Origin: Eledone cirrhosa
Taxonomy: Eukaryota
Direction of reading: 5' to 3'
Assembly: GCA_964016885.1 (NCBI GenBank)
Contig: OZ024744.1
Span: forward strand, 56,544,001-56,608,000
Length of the DNA stretch: 64,000 nt
Shown: positions 40,258 through 53,625 of the stretch, in pieces
How positions within the stretch are numbered: the stretch's first letter is position 1
Layout: every line of letters begins with the position of its first letter
Position numbers and translations under genes: made by a program
The notes under the pieces: generated by a model
Told to the model about the DNA's origin: nothing
What the model saw: the letters and a program-made list of their open reading frames with translations, nothing else
The model's database searches: none

Positions 40258-43200
40258 TGTAACATGTAGTTACATGTGTTATTACATATGTGACAGGATC
40301 ACCATGGTATGTTGTTACATGTGTGACAGGGTCACCATGGTAGGTAGTTACATGTGTGACAGGGTCATCATGGTATGTTGTTACATATGTGACAGGATCA
40401 CCATGGTATGTAGTTACATGCGTGACATGATCACCATGGTATGTAGTTACATGTGTGAAAGGATCACCATGGCATGTAGTTACATGTGTGACATGATCAC
40501 CATGGTATGTTGTTACATGTGTGACAGGATCACCATGGTATGTAGTCACATGCATGACAGGATCTCCATGGTATGTAGTTACATGTGTGACAGGATCACC
40601 ATGGTATGTAATTACATGTGTGACAGCGTCACCATGGTATGTTGTTACATGTGTGACAGGATCTCCATGCTATGTAGTTACATGTGTGACAGGATCACCA
40701 TGGTATGTTGTTACATGTGTGACAGAGTCACCATGGTATGTTGTTACATATGTGACAGGATCACCATGGTATGTTGTTACATGTGACAGGATCACCATGG
40801 TAGGTAGTTACATATCTAACAGGATAACCATGTAACATGTTACATGTAGTTACATGTGTTATTACATATGTGACAGGATCACCATGGTATGTAGTTACAC
40901 ATGTGACAGGGTCACCATGGTATGTTGTTACATGTGTGACAGGATCACCATGGTAGGTAATTACATGTGTGACAGGGTCACCATGGTATGTAGTTACATG
41001 TGTGACAGGATCACCATGGTATGTAGTGACAGGATCACCATGGTATGTTGTTACATATGTGACAGGATCACCATGGTATGTTGTTACATGTGTGACAGGA
41101 TCACCATGGTATGTTGTTACATGTGTGACAGGGTCACCATGGTATGTTGTTACATATGTGACAGGATCACCATGGTATGTTGTTACATGTGTGACATGAT
41201 CACCATGGTATGTTGTTACATGTGTGACAGGATCACCATGGTATGTTGTTACATATGTGACAGGATCACCATGGTATGTTGTTACACGTGTGACAGGATC
41301 ACCATGGTATGTTGTTACATATGTGACAGGATCACCATGGTATTTTGTTACATGTGTGACAGGATCACCATGGTATGTTGTTACACGTGTGACAGGATCA
41401 CCATGGTATGTTGTTACATGTGTGACAGGATCACCGTGATATGTTGTTACATGTGTGACATGATCACCATGGTATGTTGTTACATGTGTGACAGGATCAC
41501 CATGGTATGTAGTGACAGGATCACCATGGTATGTTGTTACATGTGTGACATGATCACCATGGTATGCTGTTACATATGTGACAGAATCACCATGCTATGT
41601 AGTTCCACATGTGACAGGATCACCATGGTATGTTGTTACATGTGTGACAGGGTCACCATGGTATGTAGTTACATGTGTGACAGGGTCACCATGGTATGTT
41701 GTTACAAGTGTAACAGGGTCACCATCGTGTGTAGTTACATGTGTGACAGGATCACCATGGTATGTTGTTACATGTGTGGCAGGATCACCATGGTAGGTAG
41801 TTACATGTGTGACAGGATCACCATGGTAGGTAGTTACATGTGTGACAGGGTCACCATCGTATGTAGTGACAGGATCACCATGGTATGTTGTTACATATGT
41901 GAGAGGATCACCATGGTATGTTGTTATATGTGTGACAGGGTCACCATGGTAGGTAGTTAAATGTGTGACAGGGTCATCATGGTATGTAGTTACATATGTG
42001 ACAGAATCACCGTGATATGTTGTTACATGTGTGACATGATCACCATGGTATGTTGTTACATGTGTGAGAGGATCACCATGGCATGTTGTTACATATGTGA
42101 CAGGATCACCATGGTATGTTGTTACACGTGTGACAGGATCACCATGGTATGTTGTTACATGTGTGACAGGATCACCGTGATATGTTGTTACATGTGTGAC
42201 ATGATCACCATGGTATGTTGTTACATGTGTGACAGGATCACCATGGTATGTCGTTACATGTGTGACATGATCACCATGGTATGTTGTTACATGTGTGACC
42301 GGGTCACCATGGTATGTAGTTACATGTGTAACAGGATCACCATGGTATGTAGTCACATGTGTGACAGGATCACCATGGTATGTTGTTACATGTGTGACAG
42401 GATCACCATGGTATGTAGTGATAGGATCACCATGATATGTTGTTACATGTGTGACATGATCTATATGGTATGTAGTTACATGTGTGACAGGATCACCGTG
42501 GTATGTAGTTAAATGTGTGACATGATCTATATGGTATGTAGTCACATGTGTGACAGGATCACCATGGTATGTTGTTACATGTGTGACAGGATCACCATGG
42601 TATGTAGTGACAGGATCACCATGATATGTTGTTACATGATCTATATGGTATGTAGTTACATATGTGACAGGATCACCATGGTATGTTGTTACATATGTGA
42701 CAGGATCACCATGGTATGTTGTTACATATATGACAGGATCACCATGGTATGTTGTTACATGTGTGACATGATCACCATGGTATGTTGTTACATGTGACAG
42801 GATCACCATGGTAGGTAGTTACATATCTAACAGGATAATCATGGTGTGTAGTTACATGTGTGACAGGATCACCATGGTATGTAGTTACATGTGTGACAGG
42901 ATCTCCATGGTATGTAGTTACATGTGTGACAGGATCTCCATGGTATGTTGTTACATGTGTAACAGGATAACCATGATATGTTCTTACATGTGTAACAGGA
43001 TCACTATGGTATGTTGTTACACATGTGACAGGATCACCATGGTATGTAGTTACATGTGTGGCAGGATCACTATGGTAGGTAATTACATGTGTGACATCAT
43101 CACCATGGTATGTTGTTACATGTGTGACAGGATCACCATGGTATGTAGTTACATGTGTGACAGGGTCACCATGGTATGTAGTTATATGTGTGACAGGATC

Positions 43201-43850
43201 ACCATGGTATGTAGTTACATGTGACAGGGTCACCATGGTATGTAGTGACAGGATCACCATGGTATGTTGTTACATGTGTGACAGGATCCCCATGGTATGT
43301 AGTTACATGTGTAACAGGGTCACCATGGTAGGTACTTACATGTGTGGCAGGATTCCGATGGTATGTAGTTACATGTGTGAGAGGATCACCATGGTATGTT
43401 GTTACATGTGTGACAGGATCCCCATGGTATGTAGTTACATGTGTAACAGGGTCACCATGGTAGGTACTTACATGTGTGGCAGGATTCCGATGGTATGTAG
43501 TTACATGTGTGAGAGGATCACCATGGTATGTTGTTACATGTGTGGCTGGATCACCATGGTAGGTAGTTACATTTGTGACAGGATCACCATGGTATGTTGT
43601 TACATGTGTGACAGGGTCACCATGGTATGTAGTTACATGTGTGACAGGATCACCATGGTATGTAGTTACATGTGTGACAGGATCACCATGGTATGTAGTT
43701 ACATGTGTGACAGGATCGCCATAGAATGCAGTTACATGTGTTGCTGGATCACCATGGTATGTAGTTACATGTGTTGCTGCATCACCATTGTATGTAGTTA
43801 CATGTGTTGCTGGATCACCATGGTATGTCGACATTGGATTAACATGGTGT
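40258..43850. repeat. 33-bp minisatellite A, ~3.6 kb
   Basis: Unit atgtgtgacaggatcaccatggtatgttgttac, with 21- and 31-bp deletion variants. Confidence 0.97.
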
Positions 43851-43869
43851 AAAATGTGACAGGTAATGT

Positions 43870-44022
43870 CTTTCTATGTCTCGAGTTCAAATCCTGCAAA
43901 AATTAACTTTACTTTTCATCCTTCCAAGGTTGATAATATAAAGTACCAGTAAAATACTGAGTTCAGTATAATTGACATCCCCTTTCCTCAAATTGCTGGC
44001 TTATTGCCAACATTAGAAATAA
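43870..44022 (+). mobile_element. Meta-like SINE fragment
   Basis: gagttcaaatcc...ttttcatccttccaaggttgataatataaagtaccag...attgctggc. Confidence 0.7.
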
Positions 44023-44424
44023 TATTAATAATTATCACTATGCCAACGCCCATTATCTCCTACTGGATAACTCCCTTGCCCTATATGTGATTCTGTCACC
44101 ACTACAGCAATCAAGCCCTCACAGATCCCTTACCTTTCTGTGTTCATCTTGCTGATATCTATTCAAACCTCTATAAACAACCAACATGTAACATCATCAC
44201 TACCTTCCCCACCACAATCATAACTTTACACACATATCCGCCTTAGCTCACCCATCACACTTATTGATCCTGGTTCCGCGATAAATGTGTGTGTACACAC
44301 ACACAAGGAGGGGAAAGCAGTGCCCGCAGCTCCTTTTTAATACTTCGGAGACTATCGGGTGGGAGCCATCTGAAAGACCGGAGAACAGTGTGGACCAGCT
44401 GTTGTTAAACCGGGCAACTATGAT

Positions 44425-44586
44425 CCGCACAGTTTCCGTCTTCCAGCTTCCGCTCAGAAGATATCGGTTAACACAGAGTTACGTAGAAAACACTTGTTTA
44501 AAGTACCGCTCATTGGGTTCGAACCCGGAAGCACGTGGTTACGAAGCGACGAACTTTTTAACCATACGGCTATGTCATTTGCGCCC
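44425..44586 (-). mobile_element. tRNA-derived SINE head of another family
   Basis: Minus strand has tagccgtatggtt (A-box), gggttcgaaccc (B-box), caagtgttttcta and gacggaaactg. Confidence 0.6.
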
Positions 44587-44749
44587 GCTTTTCATTTATT
44601 TTAATACTCGCCAGAGAATAATTTTAAAAAGATGAAATGGTAATTAATTTTTCTTTTGTAATTTAAAAAATAATGAAATGTTTTAATAAAAATAACAACA
44701 AATCAAAATAATCCAGCGAACAAAACAAAACACGAATTAAAAATGAAAC

Positions 44750-44880
44750 AACGATGACGTTTACGTGAAATAGTTACGTAAACAATTTGATAATCCAATG
44801 AAATAAAGTATATGTAAATTACATTTTAAGCTTCAAAACATGACGTTCTGTGCTGCTTCCTGTGACGTAGTGAGCAATCG
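44750..44880 (+). promoter_or_regulatory. Candidate promoter of the B56 gene (CRE/bZIP and ETS motifs)
   Basis: tgacgt at 44755, 44841 and 44863; ttacgtaa at 44774-44781; cttcctg at 44856-44862; ~430 bp upstream of the ATG. Motif-only evidence. Confidence 0.4.
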
Positions 44881-45143
44881 TGAATCCCTTTAATTGTAAT
44901 GTTTCCCTCCACCTCTTTGTATCTATAGCAGTTCTAACTGGCTTCCAGACACAGCAAAGAAGAACAGAGGATAAAGTCTTACATCAAATTGCCTGCTTTT
45001 TTTTTTTGAAATATTCCACTCGCATTTCTATTTATCATAACACATTTACTTTTGGGTGTTTTTGTATTGATTGTAAAATAATACTCGTTGAGACTCATAA
45101 AAAAAACGAGATATCCCCCCCACTTAAAAAAGAAAATTTGCCT

Positions 45144-45184
<41 letters not shown>

Positions 45185-45214
45185 GATAGATATATATACA
45201 TATATATATATATC

Positions 45215-45252
<38 letters not shown>

Positions 45253-45303
45253 TATATTCATAGTCAGAGAGAAAATTGAATATATATCATTGACAATACC
45301 ATT

Positions 45304-45330
45304 ATGCCTAATAAAACCAAGAAAGAAAAG
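45304..45330 (+). CDS. PPP2R5C/D: PP2A B56 gamma/delta-like regulatory subunit, first coding exon (MPNKTKKEK)
   Basis: ATG...AAG followed by a GTAAG donor; peptide resembles vertebrate PPP2R5C MPNKNKKEK and PPP2R5D MPYKLKKEK as recalled. Confidence 0.72.
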
Positions 45331-45691
45331 GTAAGCCGGATTTGTTTTTTTTCTTCTCTTGTTTTCTTTCATTGTCAATTTCAATTTAGTCAGTTGGTAC
45401 ATATGTATGTTTCTCTCTCACCGCTCTCTACACACATAAATATATTTATATATGTGTGTGTCAATGTATGTATGTGTTAATGCCTGTGTATTTGTATGTT
45501 TGCATATGTGTATGAATGTATATGTATGCATTTCTTTACATACACACACACAAATGTGTGTGTCGCTGTTAAACAGAATTGAAATTGATTACCCATCGGC
45601 AAAGTGTTGAATGAATTCTGCTCAGTTGTATAATATCTCTTCAGAATACTGTCTTTTGACTACATCGTTGATATTTCCATTCCAGTCATCT

Positions 45692-45738
<47 letters not shown>

Positions 45739-46764
45739 CTTATGATGGATTGTCGATGGAAATAATTCCTGCTATGTGTACCTATAGTCATATAAACCTA
45801 ATCTAATCTTTGTCAAACTTGCACAACTAGAATTAAAAGCATGTGTACTATTAATAGGGAATGCCAGCTTTTTCCTTTTGCTACAATAAACCTTGTTTGT
45901 AAAACGTCAGTTAGTTTTCCTTTTACAAGATTATAATGTTTTGTATTAGCCATAGAGAATGTCTTCCTGGCGTGTAGGAAGTAATTAGTCTTTCTCCCCC
46001 TTTGAATAATGTACAACTTATTAATCAAACCATTCGAAAACAGAAAGCAGATGCCATCAACACATAAAGAGATGGTAAAATCTTATTACTTTCTACTTTC
46101 ACTCACTGGTCATTCGAATTTATTTAACAAAAGTTCTTTCGTTTATGTCAGGACAATTTACTAGTTGTGAAAACCTACAATATCCATATCTCTGTTAATC
46201 GTAATATTGAGTATCTATTTATTATAATTATAGAATAAATAGCCGAATGAATCTACATGGTATATCCCCCCTTCTCTCTCTCCCTCCCCTCTCTCTTATA
46301 TATATATATACTTTTCCATTGTGATATTGAAGAATTAGTAATAAAATTATGGAACGATTAGGAATGAATATTATCATTAGTAATAATAATAATTTAATAA
46401 TCTGTGTTGTCATGCATTTTATTTAATTTGAAAGTATGAAGTGATGCGGAAATATAGCTTCCTTTTTCATTCACATAAGTGTTAGTATGCATGTATATAT
46501 ATATGTATAGACAGACACACACATATGAAGGCAACTATAATTATAATACTCAGATACATCTAAACATATTTATGTATAAAATAAATTCATTGATTTTTAT
46601 TTTTTGCTGTTTTAATCAATGTAATTTTCTGTAGCCTGCCTTTAGTGAAGTTTTGTTTCAACGAAAGCATGCTTACATGGATCTCATATCTGTACTGACA
46701 ATTATAATATGTCGTTTATGTTAATTCGGATGATATTTTTTCTCCCACTTTTTTTTCTCTTCAG

Positions 46765-46833
46765 CAAACACCAGCAAAAACGATAAATACTAAAAGTAGT
46801 GGGAAGGAATGTTCTGAAAATACAGAGAGTGAG
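46765..46833 (+). CDS. PPP2R5C/D: Same gene, second coding exon (QTPAKTINTKSSGKECSENTESE)
   Basis: Polypyrimidine tract + CAG acceptor, GAG|GTAAGA donor, 69 nt, only phase 0 is open; resembles PPP2R5D SSGKD..ENTEE and PPP2R5C ..TVESE. Confidence 0.72.
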
Positions 46834-47059
46834 GTAAGATAAAGCTTTGTGGTCTTATGTTATTGTTTGACTAACATACAAATACATATTAATACATACA
46901 CAAATACACACGCACACACATACATATATATTGGAGACGAACCAAACAAAATATATATCCTTAACGGTTTGTGTTAGTTCTCAGATTTTATATATATATA
47001 TATGAATAAATCCTGTTTGTATTTATGTGTGTATGTATTTGTGTATGTATTTATGTATT

Positions 47060-47320
47060 TTGTATTTATGTAATTATGTATGTATATGTATTTATATATG
47101 TATATGTATTTATATATGTATATGTATTTATATATGTATATGTATTTATATATGTATATGTATTTATATATGTATATGTATTTATATATGTATATGTATT
47201 TATATATGTATATGTATTTATATATGTATGTGTATTTATATATGTATATGTATTTATATATGTATATATGTATTTATATATGTATGTGTATTTATATGTA
47301 TATATGTATTTATATATATA
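47060..47320. repeat. 18-bp AT-rich tandem repeat
   Basis: Unit tatatgtatatgtattta. Confidence 0.9.
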
Positions 47321-47532
47321 AATGTATGTGTGTAAGTATATATTATTTATGTTCATATACGGAATAAAAGCGCTATATATATATCTATATATGTACATGT
47401 ATGTGTGTGTAAGTATATATATGTATATTTGGTGTGTATTTTGAAATGCTGCCTCTTAGCAACTTGTCGCCGTCTCTTGGTTATGGTGTGTGGTGACCGT
47501 TTCCGTATATGTGTGTGAATATATATGCATAT

Positions 47533-47579
<47 letters not shown>

Positions 47580-48004
47580 GTTTGCGTGCGTGTGTATATG
47601 TTTGTGTGCAGGTTTGTGTATGTCGAACTGATGTCAGTCGCCGCCATCTTACCATAGATTATCATGGCGGTAAACGCTTTCTACTACTGAAAAGAACAAC
47701 AAACCATTTCTTTCTCCTCTCTACTTCATTTTCATAACATTAAAAAATAAAATTTAATACATATACATATATAACAAACTAAACACCATGGTTACTTTAA
47801 CAGATAAAACACCAATAGCAAAGCATTAAATAAGTAGTTATTAAATGTTTAAACATTTTTAATCCTTTCTTCACTGTCCGCTTTCTTTCTTTTTTTTTTA
47901 ATTATAAATTATTTTCCCCCGTCTCTTTCTTATGTCAGTTTCCTGCTTATTCAGTGAGAATCCATATATACAATAAACCGAATAGTGAGTTCAGAAGATG
48001 TAGA

Positions 48005-48035
<31 letters not shown>

Positions 48036-48120
48036 CAACTCACGATATGTCTTGGTGGGATATCCCCCCCCCCCTTTTTTTTTTCTGATCTATTATATAC
48101 ATATAAGTGATATATATATA

Positions 48121-48175
<55 letters not shown>

Positions 48176-49299
48176 TATATATATTTATATATATCATCTA
48201 TATCTATATATATATATATATATAAACACTTAACATAGTTTATTCCATACATTAGTGAGATATTATATACATGTCGGTGTTTATTCCATAGCATCGCTAC
48301 ATCAGATGTGTGTGTGTATGTATGTATATATATATATATATATATATACACTTAATTCTAAGCATGACCTTTTCCATTTTTCCCTGTATTTGATAGTATT
48401 CCTTTTGTTCTTTCTATCAAATATATCTTATTTATTCTATTATATTTTAAAGAATTCATTTTGTCCCCTTTTCTGTTTACATACTTCATAGAAACATAAT
48501 GTTGATCTTCATAAGGACTCCAATTAACTAAAGTCCTTTTAATAGAGTGTATGTATGTAACAGTATCCATAGATGTATATATGTGTAAAGAAGCCATAGA
48601 TATAGATGATGTATTTATGTGTATAAGAAGCCATAGATAGATGGATACATAGGCTGTATGTAACATCATAGATATATAGTGTAACAAGCCATAGATGGAT
48701 ATATATAGGCTGAATGTTTACAACAAAACCATAGATAGATGGTAGATAATCTGGGCTGTATGTGACATTCCATAGTTATATAGGCTACATCTAGAAAACA
48801 AGCCATATGTAGATATATAGGCTGTATGTAAAAAGCCATAGATTGATTCAAAGGCTTGATGTGTAAATCTAACAGACCATAGCTACATATGATGCATATA
48901 ACAAACCTTAGATATATAGGCTACATGAATGTAACAAGCTATTGCTAGATGATAGATATATATCATCACCATTTTACGTCCGTTCTTCCACGCTAGCTTG
49001 GGTTAGACGGGTTGTCCTGTTGTGGGCAGTCTGGTCGGCTGACCATGCCTTGCTCATACAGGAACTGATTTATATATATATATATATATATATATGCTGT
49101 GTATATGTAACAGCCATAGATATATAGGTTGTATGTATGTAACAAACCATAGATAGAAATATAGGCTGTATCATCATCCTAATCCATATATATATATAAA
49201 TATATAGGTTGTATTATACAAGCCATAGACATATATAGGTTGTATGTATATAACAAGCCATAGGCATATATAGGCTATATGTATATAACAAGTCATATG

Positions 49300-50280
49300 T
49301 CATCATCATCGTTTAACGTCCATCTTCCACGCTAGCATGGGTTTGTTTGGACGGGAATTTTCCCACTTGAGGCAAGATTGGTTGTCTTGCTCGTATAGGA
49401 CTGTCTGGCGGGTTTTCTACGGCTGGATGCCCTTCCTAACACTAACCACGTTTAGTGTGGACTGGGATGTTTTTACCGTGTTACCTACACAGCCACATTA
49501 CAGCGTGGACTGTGTTTTTTTGTTGACACCTACACAACTTCATTTATTTAGGACTGGATGTTGTGGTACCAACATAACTTTACATCGAAAATGGTGGTGT
49601 GGATGGGGTGGGGGTAGTAGGACGGGGGTGTATTTTGGTTAAGAGGTGCCCACTGACTAGGTTTCGCTTTGCACTTAGGCAAGGCGGGTCTTCTGTATTA
49701 CTGCGTAGCGCCAAAGATCTCGGTCCAGTGACATTGTCTTGGAGAGGTGTAAGTGTGTGAGGTCGGAATTTATCAAGTCGTCCCGGGATTTTCTGGGTCT
49801 GCCTACTCCGTGGCTACCGTCTATTTTGATTGCCCTGCATTTTTTTATACAGCTGTCGTCTTTCATGCGCATCACGTGACCGTACCAACGTAGTCTTCTC
49901 TCGAGTAAACATCTGATCCCTCTTATTTCTAATTTCTCACTTAGTTAATTTATGCTTTGCCGTTCACGTATATTAATTACTATTACACATCCAACGGAGC
50001 ATGCAAGCTTCGTTCCTCTCCAGTCTGCGTATATCCTCTGCACACAATGCCCAGGTCTCACTGCCATGCAACATTGCTGTTCGTATGCAGGCATCATACA
50101 GCCTGCCTTTCATTTTTAGTGAGAACCCTTTAGTGGCCAATAGTGGTATAAGCTCTCTGAACTTTTTCCATCCCGTTCTGACTCTGGCTACTGTACTTTC
50201 AGAGCACCCTCCACCACTGCTGATTTTGTCACCCAGGTAACGGAAGGTGTCCACTATTTCTATAGAACTATCTGTACAAT
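49300..50280 (-). mobile_element. 5'-truncated RTE family A LINE (C-terminus plus 3' UTR)
   Basis: VDTFRYLGD, MLHGSETW, GVGRPRKS, QKTRLA*; UTR ends in (GAT)n. Confidence 0.9.
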
Positions 50281-51392
50281 GGAATGAGCTAGTATAGAAT
50301 GAGCTGTATGTATATAACCCATATATAGGCTGTGTGTATATAACAAGATATATGTAGATATATAGGCTGTATGTATATAACAACTCGTATATAGGCTGTA
50401 TGTATATGAGGCATATATATATATAGGCTGTATGTATATAACAAGTCATATATAGATATATAGGGTGTATGTATATAACATGTCATATATAGATATATAG
50501 GTTGTATGTATATAACAAGTCATAGATATATAGGTTGTATGTATATAACAAGTCATAGATATATAGGTTGTATGTATATAACAAGTCATAGATATATAGG
50601 CTGTATGTATATAACAAGTCATAGATATATAGGCTGTATGTATATAACAAGTCATAGATATATAGGCTGTATGTATATAACAAGTCATAGATATATAGGC
50701 TGTATGTATATAACAAGTCATAGATATATAGGCTGTATGTATATAACAAGTCATAGATATATAGGCTGTATGTATATAACAAGTCATAGATATATAGTCT
50801 GTATGTATATAACAAGTCATAGATATATAGGTTGTATGTATATAACAAGTCATAGATATATAGGATGTATGTATAATACAAGTCATAAATATATAGGTTG
50901 TATAAATATAACAAGCAATAGATAGATATGTAGGTTGTATGTATATAACAAGTCATAGATATATAGGGTGTATGTATATAACAAGTCATAGATATATAGG
51001 GTGTATGTATATAACAAGTCATAGATATATAGGTTGTATGTATATAACAAGTCATAGATATATAGGTTGTATGTATATAACGAGTCATAGATATATAGGT
51101 TGTATGTATATAACGAGTCATAGATATATAGGTTGTATGTATATAACGAGTCATAGATATATAGGTTGTATGTATATAACAAGTCATAGATATATAGGTT
51201 GTATGTATATAACAAGTCATAGATATATAGGTTGTATGTATATAACGAGTCATAGATATATAGGATGTATGTATAATACAAGTCATAGATATATAGGATG
51301 TATGTATAATACAAGTCATAAATATATAGGTTGTATGAATATAACAAGCAATAGATAGATATGTAGGTTGTATGTATATAACAAGTCATATA

Positions 51393-51732
51393 TGGAGGCA
51401 CATGGCTTAGTGGTTAGAGCATTGGCCTTGCAATCGAAAGGTTGTGAGTTCAATTCTCAGACCAGGTGATGTGTTGTTTCCTTGAGCAAGACACTTTATT
51501 TCACATTGCCCCAGTTTACTCAGCTGTAGAAATGAGATGATAGGACTGGGATCAATAACATTCCACTGCAAAGTGATCGTGAAGGTGCCACGGCAAAAAA
51601 GCACCCAGCACTCACTGTAAATGAGGTTGGTGTTAGGAAGGGCATCCAGCTGTAGAAATCAAGCCAGAATCAGTTCCCGTCCCACCCTTGCAAGCAGGGA
51701 AAAGCGGACGTAAAATGATGATTGAAAATGAT
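51393..51732 (+). mobile_element. CORE-like SINE head joined to an RTE family A 3' tail
   Basis: A/B boxes, ccttgagcaagacactttatttcac...cagctgtagaaatgag, then ggtgttaggaagggcatccagc...cggacgtaaaatgatgat. Confidence 0.7.
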
Positions 51733-51738
51733 ATAGGT

Positions 51739-51787
<49 letters not shown>

Positions 51788-52639
51788 AGCAATAGATATA
51801 TATATATATAGGCTGTATGTATATAACAAGTCATATATAGATATATAGGTTGTATATATATATAACAAGCAATATATATATATATATATATATAGGCTGT
51901 ATGTATATAACAAGTCATATATAGATATATAGGTTGTATATATATATATAACAAGTCATAGATATATAGGTTGTATGTATATAACAAGTCATAGATATAT
52001 AGGTTGTATGTATATAACAAGTCATAGATATATAGGTTGTATGTATATAACAAGTCATAGATATATAGGTTGTATGTATATAACAAGTCATAGATATATA
52101 GGTTGTATGTATATAACAAGTCATAGATATATAGGTTGTATGTATATAACAAGTCATAGATATATAGGTTGTATGTATATAACAAGTCATAGATATATAG
52201 GTTGTATGTATATAACAAGTCATAGATATATAGGTTGTATGTATATAACAAGTCATAGATATATAGGCTGTATGTATATAACAAGTCATAGATATATAGG
52301 CTGTATGTATATAACAAGTCATAGATATATAGGCTGTATGTATATAACAAGTCATAGATATATAGGCTGTATGTATATAACAAGTCATAGATATATAGGC
52401 TGTATGTATATAACAAGTCATAGATATATAGGTTGTATGTATATAACAAGTCATAGATATATAGGTTGTATGTATATAACAAGTCATAGATATATAGGTT
52501 GTATGTATATCACAAGTCATATAGATATATAGGTTGTATGTATATCACAAGTCATATAGATATATAGGCTGTATGTATATAACAAGTCATAGATATATAG
52601 GTTGTATGTATATAACAAGTCATATAGATATATAGGCTA

Positions 52640-53275
52640 TCATCATCATCATCATCATCGTTTAACGTCCGTGTTCCACGCTTGCATGGGTTTGGACGGG
52701 GGTAGTCCCACTTGAGGCAAGAGTGATTGTCTTGCTCGCATAGGACTGTCTGGCAGGTTTTCTACAGTTGGATGCCCTTCCTAACACCAACCACATTTAC
52801 AGTGTGGGTCTGGGAGGTTTTTACCGTGTTGCCTACACGGCCACATTACAGCGTGGACTGTGTGTTTTTTTGTCATGACACCTACACGATCTCCTTTGTT
52901 TCGGCCTGGATGGTGTGGCACCAACATAACTTTACATAGAAGGGGGCGGTGTGGATGGGGAGGGGGTGGTGGGACGGGGGTGTATTTTGTTAGAGATGCC
53001 TACTGACTGTAGTAGGTTTTACTTTGTATTTAGGTAAGGCGGGTCTTCTCTATTAGAGTACCGCCAAAGGTCTCGGTCCAGTGACATTGTCTTGGTGAGG
53101 TGTAAGTGTGTGAGGTCGGAGTTTATCAGCTCGTCCCAGGTTTTTCTGGGTCAGCCTATTCCGTGGCTACCGTCTATCTTTATTGCCCTGCACTTTGTTA
53201 TACAGCTATCGTCCTTCATGCGCATCACGTGACCATACCAACATAGCCTTCTCTCTAGTAAACAACATCTGATGC
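52640..53275 (-). mobile_element. 5'-truncated RTE family A LINE
   Basis: RRLCWYGHVMRMKDD plus a UTR like 49300-49675. Confidence 0.88.
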
Positions 53276-53625
53276 TATGTATATAACAATAGATATATAG
53301 GCTGTATGTATATAACAAGTAGATATATAGGTTGTATGAATATAACAAGTAGATATATAGGTTGTATGAATATAACAAGTAGATATATAGGTTGTATGAA
53401 TATAACAAATCATATATAGATATATAGGCTGTATGTATATAACACCTCATAGACATATATAGGCTGTATGTATATAACACGTCATAGACATATATAGGCT
53501 GTATATATATGTCATATATAGATATATAGGCTGTATATATAACAAGTCATATAGATATAACAAGCAATAGATAGATACTTAGGTTGTATGTATATAACAA
53601 GCAATAGATATATAGGTTGTATGTA

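Noticed and set aside
40235-43852. Cys/His-rich repeat proteins, or a CRISPR-like array
   Set aside because: Tandem 33-bp units with no unique spacers and no cas genes; frames break at deletion variants.
51393-51470. tRNA gene
   Set aside because: A/B boxes run into a CORE-like SINE body; no proper cloverleaf or terminator. The same applies to 23263 and 44500.
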